Below are positions 38,150 to 47,674 of a stretch of DNA of 62,355 bases, in pieces; the stretch's first letter is position 1; each line of letters starts with the position of its first letter. The stretch is from IMG/VR virus record IMGVR_UViG_3300009161_000002; one strand, written 5' to 3'. Under the pieces are notes generated by a model. The model saw only the letters and a program-made list of their open reading frames with translations. It had not been told where the DNA came from and ran no database searches. The translations under genes were made by a program, and so were the position numbers. Source of the DNA: an uncultured virus (IMG/VR IMGVR_UViG_3300009161_000002). Its lineage: Duplodnaviria > Heunggongvirae > Uroviricota > Caudoviricetes.

Positions 38150-39832
38150 TTAGTTACAAGAAACTACATTGTACGGATTGTATACTGGAATTGCTGGGAA
38201 GTTAACTGGAACATTACATTCAGTTATACATGCAAATGCATCATCAATTTCACAAACTCCACACCCGTCTAACCAATTTGTTACATTAGTATCAAATGTA
38301 GTTAATGCACCAAGTGAATAAATTTGCAATAAGTATTGGTCATTATCAAATGTTCCAGATGGATTATTAAAACGAGGTACACTATGTAAAATATTATATC
38401 TGTAGTACAATCCATTTCTGTCAATTGAATTAACAATTTGATTTCCTTGAGTAATCTCACGGATACGTAAGTCTGTAGCCAAGAAGTTTTGTCTGTAAGA
38501 TTCTGACATAGTCAATTCTCTTAAAACTGTTTCTCCTAAACCTTGAACTTGTAAACCTTCACACTCAGTAACAACACATAAAGTTGTAAATGTACATGGA
38601 TCACCTGTTAAGTCAACTTCTGATGCATACAATCTAACTGGCTCAACTTCATAGAAGTCAGTCAATTGGAATGTACAATCACCAAATTTAGTATCAACAT
38701 AAGCTCCGTTTAAGATTAAACCAGCACATTCTCCATCTGTATGACCAGCAGATACATAGTTATTCCAAGTATCAGCACCATTAGCAGCTAAGAAAGTTGC
38801 AGATGTTCCTGGTGCATACCAAAGAGTACCATCTTCTGCTTGTACAACAACTTGTACAAAAGGAGATACAATTGGATTGTTAGTAATTCCATTTGCCCAT
38901 AAGATCATTACTTCAGTTGAGTCAACTGCAGTTGGAGCAATACTAGCTGGATCACAACATCCTGTGTAAGCATCAACAGTATTATATGCATTGTGATCTA
39001 AGAATCTTAGTGCAGGAGAACCTTTAATGTCTAAACGTAGACTGTATGTTTCACCACATAAATATTCTTTACAACAATCTGGAGAAATTCCACATCCTGT
39101 TTGAGCATGAGAATCAGTTACAGTAAGAATTGTAACAATTGCATTTCCAGCTGCACCAGATGCATAAGGAATAGTAACTGTATCACCTACAGCATATCCT
39201 TTTCCTGGATTAATAATAGTAACTGAACTATTACTTACTTTACCACCAGAAGTAGTATTATAAGAAATTACTAAACCTTGTCCTGTTCCTGTAGTAGTAA
39301 CTGGAGCAGCAACAACACCTGTTGCTGATGTAGCATATAATGTGTTAGTTCCTGTAACAGTAGTGTTTACTGTTAAAATACCACCACCTGCAGTCCAGTA
39401 AGTAGAACCTACGTGAATTACATTGTTCTGTGGTTCACATGGAGCTACTGTGTAGTATCTAGATACATACTTAGGGTTAATCATTTTAGACTTGTTAGTC
39501 TCAATGTAACCACCTGCTAAAGGACCAATTTTGTCATTTGCAAAAATTGCTGAACCAGCAAGATATACATTACAACATTCTGTTGGAGTAATAGTCAAGT
39601 TAGTTTTTGGATCAAAGATACCAATGTATCCTGTCTCTGAAGCAGGTTGAGTTAAAGCTGCATTAGCTTTTAACTGATTTAACCCATAAGTTGGAACACC
39701 ATTTGTAGTTACATAACCACCAGCAGTAGTTGTAGCAATAGTGCTCCCGTCAGGGAAAGTAACAGCATAAGCTGTTTGTGTGACCCCGGATGCTAGGAAT
39801 GCTTTTTGAAAAGCATGATTAAAATAAGCCAT
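38150..39832 (-). CDS. Auxiliary capsid / decoration protein (560 aa)
   Basis: Thr/Gly/Ala-rich, KSKMINPK and CGETYSLRLDIKG motifs, inserted beta module (INPGKGYAVGDTVTI); own promoter motif and terminator suggest high expression; synteny with crAss-like genes. Confidence 0.55.
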   Translation of the reverse strand: MAYFNHAFQKAFLASGVTQTAYAVTFPDGSTIATTTAGGYVTTNGVPTYGLNQLKANAALTQPASETGYIGIFDPKTNLTITPTECCNVYLAGSAIFANDKIGPLAGGYIETNKSKMINPKYVSRYYTVAPCEPQNNVIHVGSTYWTAGGGILTVNTTVTGTNTLYATSATGVVAAPVTTTGTGQGLVISYNTTSGGKVSNSSVTIINPGKGYAVGDTVTIPYASGAAGNAIVTILTVTDSHAQTGCGISPDCCKEYLCGETYSLRLDIKGSPALRFLDHNAYNTVDAYTGCCDPASIAPTAVDSTEVMILWANGITNNPIVSPFVQVVVQAEDGTLWYAPGTSATFLAANGADTWNNYVSAGHTDGECAGLILNGAYVDTKFGDCTFQLTDFYEVEPVRLYASEVDLTGDPCTFTTLCVVTECEGLQVQGLGETVLRELTMSESYRQNFLATDLRIREITQGNQIVNSIDRNGLYYRYNILHSVPRFNNPSGTFDNDQYLLQIYSLGALTTFDTNVTNWLDGCGVCEIDDAFACITECNVPVNFPAIPVYNPYNVVSCN

Positions 39833-39866
39833 TTTTTCTAAGTTTTAATTTATAAATATATACTAT

Positions 39867-39877
39867 AATATACAAAA
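39867..39877 (-). promoter_or_regulatory. Conserved promoter-like motif TTTTGTATATT
   Basis: Upstream of the auxiliary capsid gene. Confidence 0.65.
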
Positions 39878-39896
39878 AGTTTTTTAAATAACAAAA

Positions 39897-40415
39897 TTAT
39901 TTTAAGAAAAGAAGTTTATACTTAGTTGATGTAATAGACTCTTTAACTAAATCTAAATTATTAACAATCTCAGAGTAAGGCATCATGCCTTGTAGTTTGT
40001 TAATTATGTTATACATATCTCTTAGATATGCAACACCATCTGCTACAGTATCAAGAGTTCTAATAGGCATGTCAGAGTAAGTTAAAATCTTTTCTGTTAC
40101 ACCTTGGTATCCCTCTACTAAAGTATCTGCATGATCATGAAGACCTTGATAAAATGGATTAAGTGCTGTATGTGCTGCAAAGGATCCATCTCCCTTAACT
40201 TTTAAGTGAAGTCTATGAAAACTGATTGCAGCATTCATCATCTCTGTTGCACAAGCTGATGTCATAGTATCTAACGAACTACCACCAACTCCAGTACTTG
40301 GAGTAGGTTGTGGTTTAGCTGGTTCACTCTTAGGTTGTGTTACAGTAACTTCTGGTCTACTAACAGTTTTTGTAGGTTCATTAGTTCTTTTTAACAATCT
40401 AGGTTTTGCCTCCAT
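39897..40415 (-). CDS. Dps/ferritin-like protein
   Basis: HRLHL...SFAAHTALNPFY...HADTLVEGYQG and C-terminal TKYKLLFL; four-helix ferritin-like pattern after a Pro/Thr-rich N-terminus. Confidence 0.8.
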   Translation of the reverse strand: MEAKPRLLKRTNEPTKTVSRPEVTVTQPKSEPAKPQPTPSTGVGGSSLDTMTSACATEMMNAAISFHRLHLKVKGDGSFAAHTALNPFYQGLHDHADTLVEGYQGVTEKILTYSDMPIRTLDTVADGVAYLRDMYNIINKLQGMMPYSEIVNNLDLVKESITSTKYKLLFLK

Positions 40416-40422
40416 TTTTTAT

Positions 40423-41121
40423 TTAGTTATTTCGTTCTGCAGCTTCTTGACTTCTTGAAAATTGATTTCCTGATTCAATGTCTCCAGCCATTATACTTAC
40501 TGCTTCATCTATTATTACTTCTATGATATCATCTTTAAATTCAGATTGTACTTCTACTGTAGAGATAAGTCCGGTGTAGGGATCAGAACAATCTTTAATT
40601 TGAATTTTTCTTGGTTGTCTGTAGTATGTAAGATATGCATCTTCAACATCAAACTCATTGTTAGTGTAAATATTTAGATCATTGTTTATCAATGTAGCAA
40701 ATGTTTCACCCCACTCAAAGTTTGGTTGTTTAGATTTATCTCTTAATAGTTGACTTAAGTTTCCTTCTTCTCCTAAATAAACAGTCATCCTTCTACTATC
40801 ACAACAATCTTTTTTAGCAAAAGCATCTACTCTTTTCCACTGTAAATAGTTATCAGGAAGATCTGCAAAATAATAGTCTGTTTTTTTTGTAGTAACAATA
40901 GGTTCTTTAATCAGAAGTTTTTGTAAATCATCCTTTCTTCTATTGGATTGTTCATCACCTTCCTTAACCACATTAATACCATGAAGCTGTCTTCTTACCC
41001 ATTCTACCTGAGCTTTATTAAAAGACTCAACTACTTGCCAGCAGGTTATGTTGTCATAGTCCTGACTGTCCAGCTTGTTAAGCCTTTGCTTCATCTTTAT
41101 GGTTATCGTACTATTTAACAT
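40423..41121 (-). CDS. Ring / head-tail adaptor protein (crAss gene 74-like)
   Basis: LNKLDSQDY...FNKAQ, R.DDLQKL, LPDNYL, YLTYYRQP, EVIIDEAV. Confidence 0.65.
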   Translation of the reverse strand: MLNSTITIKMKQRLNKLDSQDYDNITCWQVVESFNKAQVEWVRRQLHGINVVKEGDEQSNRRKDDLQKLLIKEPIVTTKKTDYYFADLPDNYLQWKRVDAFAKKDCCDSRRMTVYLGEEGNLSQLLRDKSKQPNFEWGETFATLINNDLNIYTNNEFDVEDAYLTYYRQPRKIQIKDCSDPYTGLISTVEVQSEFKDDIIEVIIDEAVSIMAGDIESGNQFSRSQEAAERNN

Positions 41122-41124
41122 CTC

Positions 41125-41586
41125 TTATTTCTTTTTGGACTTTACAGAACCACCTTTTTTTTGTTTAATAATACTATCCATTATAGGTGTATTAGACTTT
41201 GGTTTATTAGTTATAGAATCCATTTGAGTTTTGTACATTTCCTGTGACATAGCTGATTTTTTTGCATTACTATATTTATCTCTAGCTTGTTGTACAATAG
41301 TTTGTTTATCTAAATAATCCATTCTAGGATTATTAGGAGCAGAAGATGTAGATTGAGTCTTATCAAGAATTGATTGGTTCACAGTATCTACATTACTTCT
41401 ATTATTTGTATTTAATATACCATCTTTATTAATAGAATAGTATCGAGCTTCACGAATAGCATCTGCTACAGCAGGTACAACAATACCATTTCTAGCTTTA
41501 GTTAAAGAGTTTTTTACAACCTTTTGTCTAGCCTCATTTGCTTTTCTAAAAAAAGTTAATGGGTTTTCCTTATTAGTCTTTTTCAT
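41125..41586 (-). CDS. Basic hypothetical virion protein (153 aa; start codon uncertain)
   Basis: Lys-rich termini, KARNG and KQKKGG motifs. Confidence 0.65.
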   Translation of the reverse strand: MKKTNKENPLTFFRKANEARQKVVKNSLTKARNGIVVPAVADAIREARYYSINKDGILNTNNRSNVDTVNQSILDKTQSTSSAPNNPRMDYLDKQTIVQQARDKYSNAKKSAMSQEMYKTQMDSITNKPKSNTPIMDSIIKQKKGGSVKSKKK

Positions 41587-41587
41587 T

Positions 41588-41743
41588 TTATTTGTTTTTT
41601 GCCATTGCTTTAAAAGTTCTTGCCAAAGCTTTTCTCTTTGGAGTACATGTAGGTTTTGACATAGGAGTACAATAACCTTTATGTTTAGGGTTGACTGCTT
41701 TTTGAATCCACTTCTTATCAGTTTTTTTCTTTGCAGTAGCCAT
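41588..41743 (-). CDS. Small basic protein (51 aa)
   Basis: Not in track: MATAKKKTDKKWIQKAVNPKHKGYCTPMSKPTCTPKRKALARTFKAMAKNK; fills the gap between neighbours with 1-2 nt spacers. Confidence 0.75.
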   Translation of the reverse strand: MATAKKKTDKKWIQKAVNPKHKGYCTPMSKPTCTPKRKALARTFKAMAKNK

Positions 41744-41745
41744 GA

Positions 41746-41988
41746 TTACTTTTTCTTTGCATTTCTTTTTGCACCAGTAATAATATCTGCTCTTGTAATT
41801 TTATTTTTTGGAGCAGCTAATGCAGCTAACTTAGCACGTTTTGAAACAGTACCACCTTTTTTCATCATTCCATTTTTACCATCTGTTTGACCAGCACCAG
41901 CAGCATAAGGAATACCAGCAGCTATTGAACCACCTTTTGCCATTTTCTTTTTTATAGTGGGTCCACCACAACTCATACAATTACCCAT
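41746..41988 (-). CDS. Small basic protein (80 aa)
   Basis: CMSC, MAKGG and MKKGG motifs, KLAALAAPKNKITRADII. Confidence 0.7.
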   Translation of the reverse strand: MGNCMSCGGPTIKKKMAKGGSIAAGIPYAAGAGQTDGKNGMMKKGGTVSKRAKLAALAAPKNKITRADIITGAKRNAKKK

Positions 41989-42007
41989 GATATTTTATTT
42001 TTAAAAG

Positions 42008-42280
42008 TTAACAATTCCATTTTCTTAAAGCAAGAGTCTTTCTTGTAGGCTCTCCATTTGGTTTTTTTGCAGGACCAGGCATACCAGACATTCTTGCACA
42101 AAAACTTTTTCTTCTCTTTGCTGCTTTGCCATTTGGATCCAACTTAGATGGCTTAGTAGTAACTGCCATCTTAAGTTTAGATCCCGGATTAGCTGCTCTA
42201 TAACTGGCTACTCCCTTTGCATTTAAACCTCCGGTTTTATTTTTACCTTCTTTTCTAGTCCAAGCTGCTGTCTTTGCCAT
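42008..42280 (-). CDS. Small basic protein, DUF6321-like (90 aa)
   Basis: WTRKEGK...GGLNAKG..SY...NPGSKLK...RRKSFCARM...LALRKWNC pattern known from aquatic phages. Confidence 0.7.
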   Translation of the reverse strand: MAKTAAWTRKEGKNKTGGLNAKGVASYRAANPGSKLKMAVTTKPSKLDPNGKAAKRRKSFCARMSGMPGPAKKPNGEPTRKTLALRKWNC

Positions 42281-42291
42281 AACTTTTTATT

Positions 42292-43239
42292 TTATAAACC
42301 AGCTAAAAATGATGTAGTTAAATCTACCCATCCTCCAACACTATTATATTTTTTAAATGATGTAACATCAATATAAGCATTATATCCATCATCTGTATTA
42401 ATAAATGTTCCTGAACAATAAAATACATCTATACCTGCTCCAACATTAGCAGCAATAATTCCTGATGCACCTGTTAAAAAAGTATCTGCAGATAATCTTA
42501 TTTTTTCAGTGGCATAAACCATTTGAGCACCATAAGTTGGTATAGCTGCAAGAGCTGCCTTAAATGGAAACAGTATAGCACATAGTGTATAATTTTGATA
42601 ATCATCTGGAAAGTTTGCTACAACTGGTGCAAGAGCATTTGCTGCAACCCATCCAATTGCTGTAGCAACTGCACCACAAGTATTATCTGTTAAAGATTGA
42701 GCTTGAGTCTTACCTCTTCTCCAAACTCTACCTACATTTCCTACTTGAGAGATTCCGATGTGGGGCATATTAATAAAAAATAAAGCACCATTTGTTGTAT
42801 TTGTAATATGTGATCCCCAAGCTTGAATACCTAATATTCCTGTGTGAGGATATCCAGATAAACCTCCTGACATAAAAGGACCTAAAAAATCATTTTGTGA
42901 TGCCGGAGTTTGACCAATATTTCTTATATCAGAGTAAACAGGACCATCAATATCATCTGAACAAATTGATTCAGATAATACTACATTGTCAGGAGTATAA
43001 CCTTTAGCTTGTATAAAAGCTTTTGCATAGTCTCCAAATCTTTGTGAATTTACACAAGAAGGATATGTTATTTTAACAGTATTATTATATGATACGGGAT
43101 TAACAACATTTCTTTCTATACCTTCAACAACAGGAAACCAATCTCCTGATACAGGTTTAATATTAGAAAGAATTAAAGCACCAGGTACAACAGTATTTGT
43201 TTTTGGATTTTTTAATGCATAAGGTCTTAGAGCAGCCAT
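42292..43239 (-). CDS. LCIB/LCIC-family (theta-class) carbonic anhydrase-like protein
   Basis: GYTPDN...SIC93SD, F.SGGLSGYP.TG..G..A..SH, PH160IGIS..G.VG...R.G, C188GA: full LCIB motif set with Cys/His/Cys Zn ligands. Confidence 0.85.
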   Translation of the reverse strand: MAALRPYALKNPKTNTVVPGALILSNIKPVSGDWFPVVEGIERNVVNPVSYNNTVKITYPSCVNSQRFGDYAKAFIQAKGYTPDNVVLSESICSDDIDGPVYSDIRNIGQTPASQNDFLGPFMSGGLSGYPHTGILGIQAWGSHITNTTNGALFFINMPHIGISQVGNVGRVWRRGKTQAQSLTDNTCGAVATAIGWVAANALAPVVANFPDDYQNYTLCAILFPFKAALAAIPTYGAQMVYATEKIRLSADTFLTGASGIIAANVGAGIDVFYCSGTFINTDDGYNAYIDVTSFKKYNSVGGWVDLTTSFLAGL

Positions 43240-43241
43240 AA

Positions 43242-43382
43242 CTATTTCTTTTTAGTAGAAGCTTTAATCTTCTTCTCTTGTTTTAACATTTCATTAGTAG
43301 GTTTCTTTCCAGAACCTTTAGCAGCACGGATGTTATCCCAGAGACCTCTCTGGGAATAACTACCGTCTTTTCTTTTAAGCAT
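43242..43382 (-). CDS. Small basic protein (46 aa)
   Basis: Not in track: MLKRKDGSYSQRGLWDNIRAAKGSGKKPTNEMLKQEKKIKASTKKK. Confidence 0.75.
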   Translation of the reverse strand: MLKRKDGSYSQRGLWDNIRAAKGSGKKPTNEMLKQEKKIKASTKKK

Positions 43383-43387
43383 TTTTT

Positions 43388-43561
43388 TTAACATGATGAT
43401 GGTTTAGCTTTTTTAGGAGCTTTAGAAATACCACCAACTTTACCTTTAGGAGAAGTTTGTTTCTGTACATTTTTGTTTGTACCTCCAACTTTTCCACCAG
43501 GAGTTTTATCTGCAGACATTAATTTTTTAGATTTAGTCTTAGTAACATTTGCATTTTTCAT
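43388..43561 (-). CDS. Small basic protein (57 aa)
   Basis: Not in track: MKNANVTKTKSKKLMSADKTPGGKVGGTNKNVQKQTSPKGKVGGISKAPKKAKPSSC, with an internal P.GKVGG duplication. Confidence 0.7.
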   Translation of the reverse strand: MKNANVTKTKSKKLMSADKTPGGKVGGTNKNVQKQTSPKGKVGGISKAPKKAKPSSC

Positions 43562-43573
43562 TTTATCTTTGTT

Positions 43574-44590
43574 TTAAGTGTTCCAATATTTTTCACATGA
43601 AGCAATCATGTCTTTTAAAATATCCTCATTTAAAGGATTTTTTAAGTGCTCAAGCACATCTGACACGTTTCTTCCAAGTAAACTATTTGTTTTAGCATGA
43701 TAAATATAACCATCAGGCTTACTTATAATATACTTAAAAAATGTGGAATCACGTACAATTGATTTAATTTTTAATGTTTCCATATCTAAATTAACTGCAT
43801 CAATAAATGTTTTTGCAGCTCTTTCCTTGTTAGATTCAGCACCATCACCAGAAATATATCTATCCATATTTTCATAGATAACATCTAATGGTGTTGACTT
43901 TCTATACTGAGAACTATTAGCATCAACTACTTTAGCAATGTAAAATAACTTAGTACTATTTTTGTCAAATAATTTCTGAAGTTCTGACAATGCTTTGTTA
44001 CGCATTTTCTTATATTCAGTTCTTACCATAACAGTTTCTTCTTCCTTATCTAGGTAGAATTTTGGTGGTGTTGGTTTTGATCTTGCATCATCATAACTTT
44101 TTGCAATCATTGCAAACCCTCCAGCTTCAATTGCATGAAGTTTAATTCTATCAAAAGGTTTCAGTGGATCTAAGTATACTGGTTCATTTCCACAAGCCAT
44201 ACTTATTTTATTCCAAAATTCTTTATTATCTGGTTTAAGTAATTTTACTTTATTCCAGAAATCTTTATCCTCAACTTCAAGAATATTAGCAGCAAGTTCT
44301 CTCTCTAATTCAGCAATAGAAAATCTTATCTCTTTTATTCTTGCATCTCTGGCTTCAATAGTAAGTAATTTAATTTCAGGTGCAAATTCATTTAATCCTG
44401 TAATGTATCTAATTACTCCGTTGTTTTCTAAACATGCTAATTGTTCATTATGAGTTACTCCGTCATAAAGACTCATCCCATAATCTTCAAGCCCCATGTT
44501 TCCGGCTTGTTTGTCAAAATAAGGTCTAACTGCAATAGATGTTTTTTTAATACTGCCGACACCTACTTCGACCATTGTGAAATTTTCCAT
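43574..44590 (-). CDS. Conserved protein downstream of MCP (crAss gene 75-like)
   Basis: YITGL...FW...LDP..P.D.I and LGRN......LKNP.N.DIL pattern; immediately follows MCP. Confidence 0.65.
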   Translation of the reverse strand: MENFTMVEVGVGSIKKTSIAVRPYFDKQAGNMGLEDYGMSLYDGVTHNEQLACLENNGVIRYITGLNEFAPEIKLLTIEARDARIKEIRFSIAELERELAANILEVEDKDFWNKVKLLKPDNKEFWNKISMACGNEPVYLDPLKPFDRIKLHAIEAGGFAMIAKSYDDARSKPTPPKFYLDKEEETVMVRTEYKKMRNKALSELQKLFDKNSTKLFYIAKVVDANSSQYRKSTPLDVIYENMDRYISGDGAESNKERAAKTFIDAVNLDMETLKIKSIVRDSTFFKYIISKPDGYIYHAKTNSLLGRNVSDVLEHLKNPLNEDILKDMIASCEKYWNT

Positions 44591-44634
44591 TTTGTTTGTT
44601 GGTTTTAAATTATTAAGTTTTGTATTCTAAAAGT

Positions 44635-44668
44635 AAAAATGGGGTAGGTATAAACCCACCCCATTTTT
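44635..44668 (-). terminator. Rho-independent (bidirectional-looking) terminator after MCP
   Basis: Plus strand AAAAATGGGGTAGGT-ATAA-ACCCACCCCATTTTT. Confidence 0.85.
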
Positions 44669-44680
44669 TATGTTGTCTGG

Positions 44681-46297
44681 TTAGAATGATCCACCAGTGA
44701 TAGGGTTTCTCATAACAATCTTTAAGACTTTAGTTGGATCTTTTACCCAAATAGCCGGCATTGTTTGAGACATCATTACACGGTAACCATTGAATTGACC
44801 AGAAGACTGGAATCCTTGTGTTCTACCCATGTAGTCCATTGTACCATTTTGATACCACCATTTTAATTGATTATCCCAAGACAATTTCAATAAGTAGATA
44901 TTGTCATTAGTATTATCAGTGATATCAAAGATAATGAACGAGTAAGATGATAATGGGAAACCATCAATGATTGGGTTTTCAATATCATTTGTATGTACGT
45001 TGTCAAATGCTGGGTTCAATACAAACTTAACATTTGCCAAGAAAGGAATTACATAAGAAGTGTATGCAAATCCAAAGTTCAAGTCCATACCTTTACCAGT
45101 GATTGCACCAATATCAGCAGCTTGAATCAATAAACCAGATGCAACAGCTTCTTTTTTAATTGCTTCATTTACCATTCTCATTCCACCCATACCAGTTTGA
45201 ACTACTAGAGATCTTTTTGGATCTGGACCTTGGAACTCAACCTTACCATTGAAGAAGTTGTAGATTTCTCCACGGAACAAATCAAGAGTAAAGTTATTTT
45301 TGTTGTAGATTCTTTTGAAAGAGTTATCCAACTGTCTCCAAAGACCGACAGATAATCTGATATCATCTGGACCATCTTGACGAACTCTACCACCTTGTCC
45401 CCACATTAAGTAAGTTTCAATGTCAGTAGCTACTTTTGTCAAGTGAGCAGATTCCATTTGTGTTAAGAATGTTCTAGATAAGTCACCGTTGTCAAATGCA
45501 CGTTTAACTTTGTCTTTACCCATTACTTTAACCATATCATCTAAAGATGAAATTGATGGATCAATTGATTTGTCAAATGTTCTCCAGATTTCAGTTACAG
45601 GAACTGTACCATCTGCATTCATTCCACCTTTGATCATCAAGTCTGCACGAGAAGAGATAGAGTAGTGAACGTGAGCTTCAGCACCACCAACAAAGTTATA
45701 GAATTCACGGAATCCAGTTCTTGTTGTGATGTCAGAAAATCTTTCACCATACTCTCCACGAGCAGAACCTTTACGGAATACTTTAGTACCGTTAGCTAAG
45801 TACTTGTTGTCAATGTATTTGTAGTTGTCATTGTTTACCAACTGTACAGTATAGATATATCCATCACCTAAAGGTAAGATATCTTCGTCTGTAATGTACA
45901 TCTCAACACCGTTGTATTTGTCATATGTGATGATATCACCATGTCCAAACTCACGTCTGTTTAACTTGATACGGAATGTTGTACCATCTACACCTTTGAA
46001 ATCATTGTTTGGTTCAATGTCTTCAATGATATAAGGAAGATCCACAGATACTGGGGTCTGCCATCTATACTCTCCACGAGCATTATCTACCATGATTACA
46101 TTTTTACCACCAAATGAGGACATTTGATAAAGTGGCATTTCAACTTTTTGAGCCATAGCCCATAGATCCACAGGACCTAAGTCCATTGGTTCTGCATCTT
46201 TTAGCATGTTCACCAGGTGGTAAGAATCCACATGGGAACTTGCATTGTAAGCGGTATCCCGGAGGAAAATACCATTATTCATTACTGGAGTTGCCAT
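44681..46297 (-). CDS. Major capsid protein (538 aa)
   Basis: Terminase-portal-scaffold-MCP order; EYRW, E..LMWG, GLWRQL, TGMGGM, WVKDPTK motifs of crAss-like HK97-fold MCPs; strong downstream terminator. Confidence 0.85.
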   Translation of the reverse strand: MATPVMNNGIFLRDTAYNASSHVDSYHLVNMLKDAEPMDLGPVDLWAMAQKVEMPLYQMSSFGGKNVIMVDNARGEYRWQTPVSVDLPYIIEDIEPNNDFKGVDGTTFRIKLNRREFGHGDIITYDKYNGVEMYITDEDILPLGDGYIYTVQLVNNDNYKYIDNKYLANGTKVFRKGSARGEYGERFSDITTRTGFREFYNFVGGAEAHVHYSISSRADLMIKGGMNADGTVPVTEIWRTFDKSIDPSISSLDDMVKVMGKDKVKRAFDNGDLSRTFLTQMESAHLTKVATDIETYLMWGQGGRVRQDGPDDIRLSVGLWRQLDNSFKRIYNKNNFTLDLFRGEIYNFFNGKVEFQGPDPKRSLVVQTGMGGMRMVNEAIKKEAVASGLLIQAADIGAITGKGMDLNFGFAYTSYVIPFLANVKFVLNPAFDNVHTNDIENPIIDGFPLSSYSFIIFDITDNTNDNIYLLKLSWDNQLKWWYQNGTMDYMGRTQGFQSSGQFNGYRVMMSQTMPAIWVKDPTKVLKIVMRNPITGGSF

Positions 46298-46325
46298 TTT
46301 TTATTTTGTTTTTATTTGTTACTAA

Positions 46326-47582
46326 TTAAAATCTTCTGAACATAGTCCCCTTAGAAAGCTTTCTAGGTTCAGATTTTGATGTTGGCCTTCTAGGCTCATC
46401 ATCATACTCGTTGTTAATAGAAGAAGTTATTTTTCTTGATTCTTCTGTTTTCAATTGTCTTACTACTTTTTCTGTAGCTTGTTTACTTCCTTGATCTCTT
46501 ACTTTACTTTTATAACCATTTGGATCAGCAAGTAACCAAAGTGCTTCTGCAATTAAGTCATGTCTTGGTTCTACAAATTGATACTTCTCTAATAGGTGAC
46601 CAAGTAAGTTAGTTGGTTTCCCTGATATAGAAGGGTAGTTTGGTTGAACTAGTCCGGAGAATAATAATCCTTGAACTTTTTTGTCAAGCTTCAAACCACC
46701 AATTGTACCACCAGCTAATGTACTATAAACATTTTCTTGATATGCTTTTGCTTGTTCTGCTTGCATACTCTTCTTTTGTTCTTGTTCTGCTAACTGTCTT
46801 GCAATTATTTCTTCTTGCATCATATCTAACTTAGGTTTAAATTGATTAGCTTTTTGTTCTAATCTATTTAAATCTTTCCAGTCTTGAATCTCAGCTTCAA
46901 TTTCTTCTGCTGTTCCAAATCCTGTAGTATGAAGATATGCTCTTGCAATTTCTGCTTGATCATATTCATCTGAAGGATCAAGTTGTCTCATTTCTTCTAC
47001 GTGAGCTAGTGTTCTAAATAAACCTTTAAGGTCTTGTCCACCATCTGCTACATATTTTGCTGCTACTTGAAGTTCTTCAGGAAGTGCATTAAAGAATTCT
47101 CTTGGAGTATTTTCTCTAATTGCATTTTCTCTTTCTTGGAAGTTTGCTTCAAAAAGTTCTCTAAAATCTTTTGTTGTATATTCTTCTAATGGTTTGTCAT
47201 CATCAAAACCAATTAAAGAACCTTCTTCAATCATTTTACTAGCTAACTCAGCAAGACCTGATTTATCAACCTTTGGTCTTCCTTTGTTACCTGCTTCTTC
47301 TTCTTGAGCAATAAGACTATCAAGTTCATTGATAGTTTCATCAACTTCAATCTTTTTTTCTGCAGCTTCCTTCTTATCTTCTAAAGTAGTGGAAGGATTG
47401 TCAAAGAACGTAGTATCTACATTTTCTTTATAAAACATTGATTTAGGTTTTTCATTATCAGAATCTGGTAGCATTATACTATCAGCTCCTGGTAATCCAA
47501 ACAATTCATCAATGTTTACATCTACTTGATCTACCGTTGTAGAATCAACAACCTCATTGAGGTCTTTTGTTTCATCAGTCAT
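46326..47582 (-). CDS. Scaffold-like acidic protein (crAss gene 77-like)
   Basis: Very acidic N-half, coiled coils, between portal and MCP. Confidence 0.65.
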   Translation of the reverse strand: MTDETKDLNEVVDSTTVDQVDVNIDELFGLPGADSIMLPDSDNEKPKSMFYKENVDTTFFDNPSTTLEDKKEAAEKKIEVDETINELDSLIAQEEEAGNKGRPKVDKSGLAELASKMIEEGSLIGFDDDKPLEEYTTKDFRELFEANFQERENAIRENTPREFFNALPEELQVAAKYVADGGQDLKGLFRTLAHVEEMRQLDPSDEYDQAEIARAYLHTTGFGTAEEIEAEIQDWKDLNRLEQKANQFKPKLDMMQEEIIARQLAEQEQKKSMQAEQAKAYQENVYSTLAGGTIGGLKLDKKVQGLLFSGLVQPNYPSISGKPTNLLGHLLEKYQFVEPRHDLIAEALWLLADPNGYKSKVRDQGSKQATEKVVRQLKTEESRKITSSINNEYDDEPRRPTSKSEPRKLSKGTMFRRF

Positions 47583-47607
47583 TCTTGTTGGTTTTATGTT
47601 ATACTTT

Positions 47608-47618
47608 AATATACAAAA
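47608..47618 (-). promoter_or_regulatory. Conserved promoter-like motif TTTTGTATATT
   Basis: Upstream of the scaffold-MCP operon. Confidence 0.65.
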
Positions 47619-47674
47619 ATAAACTTGAAAAATTTACAAGTCTGTAAAAAAAAATTGTAGTATATAGCTAAATA

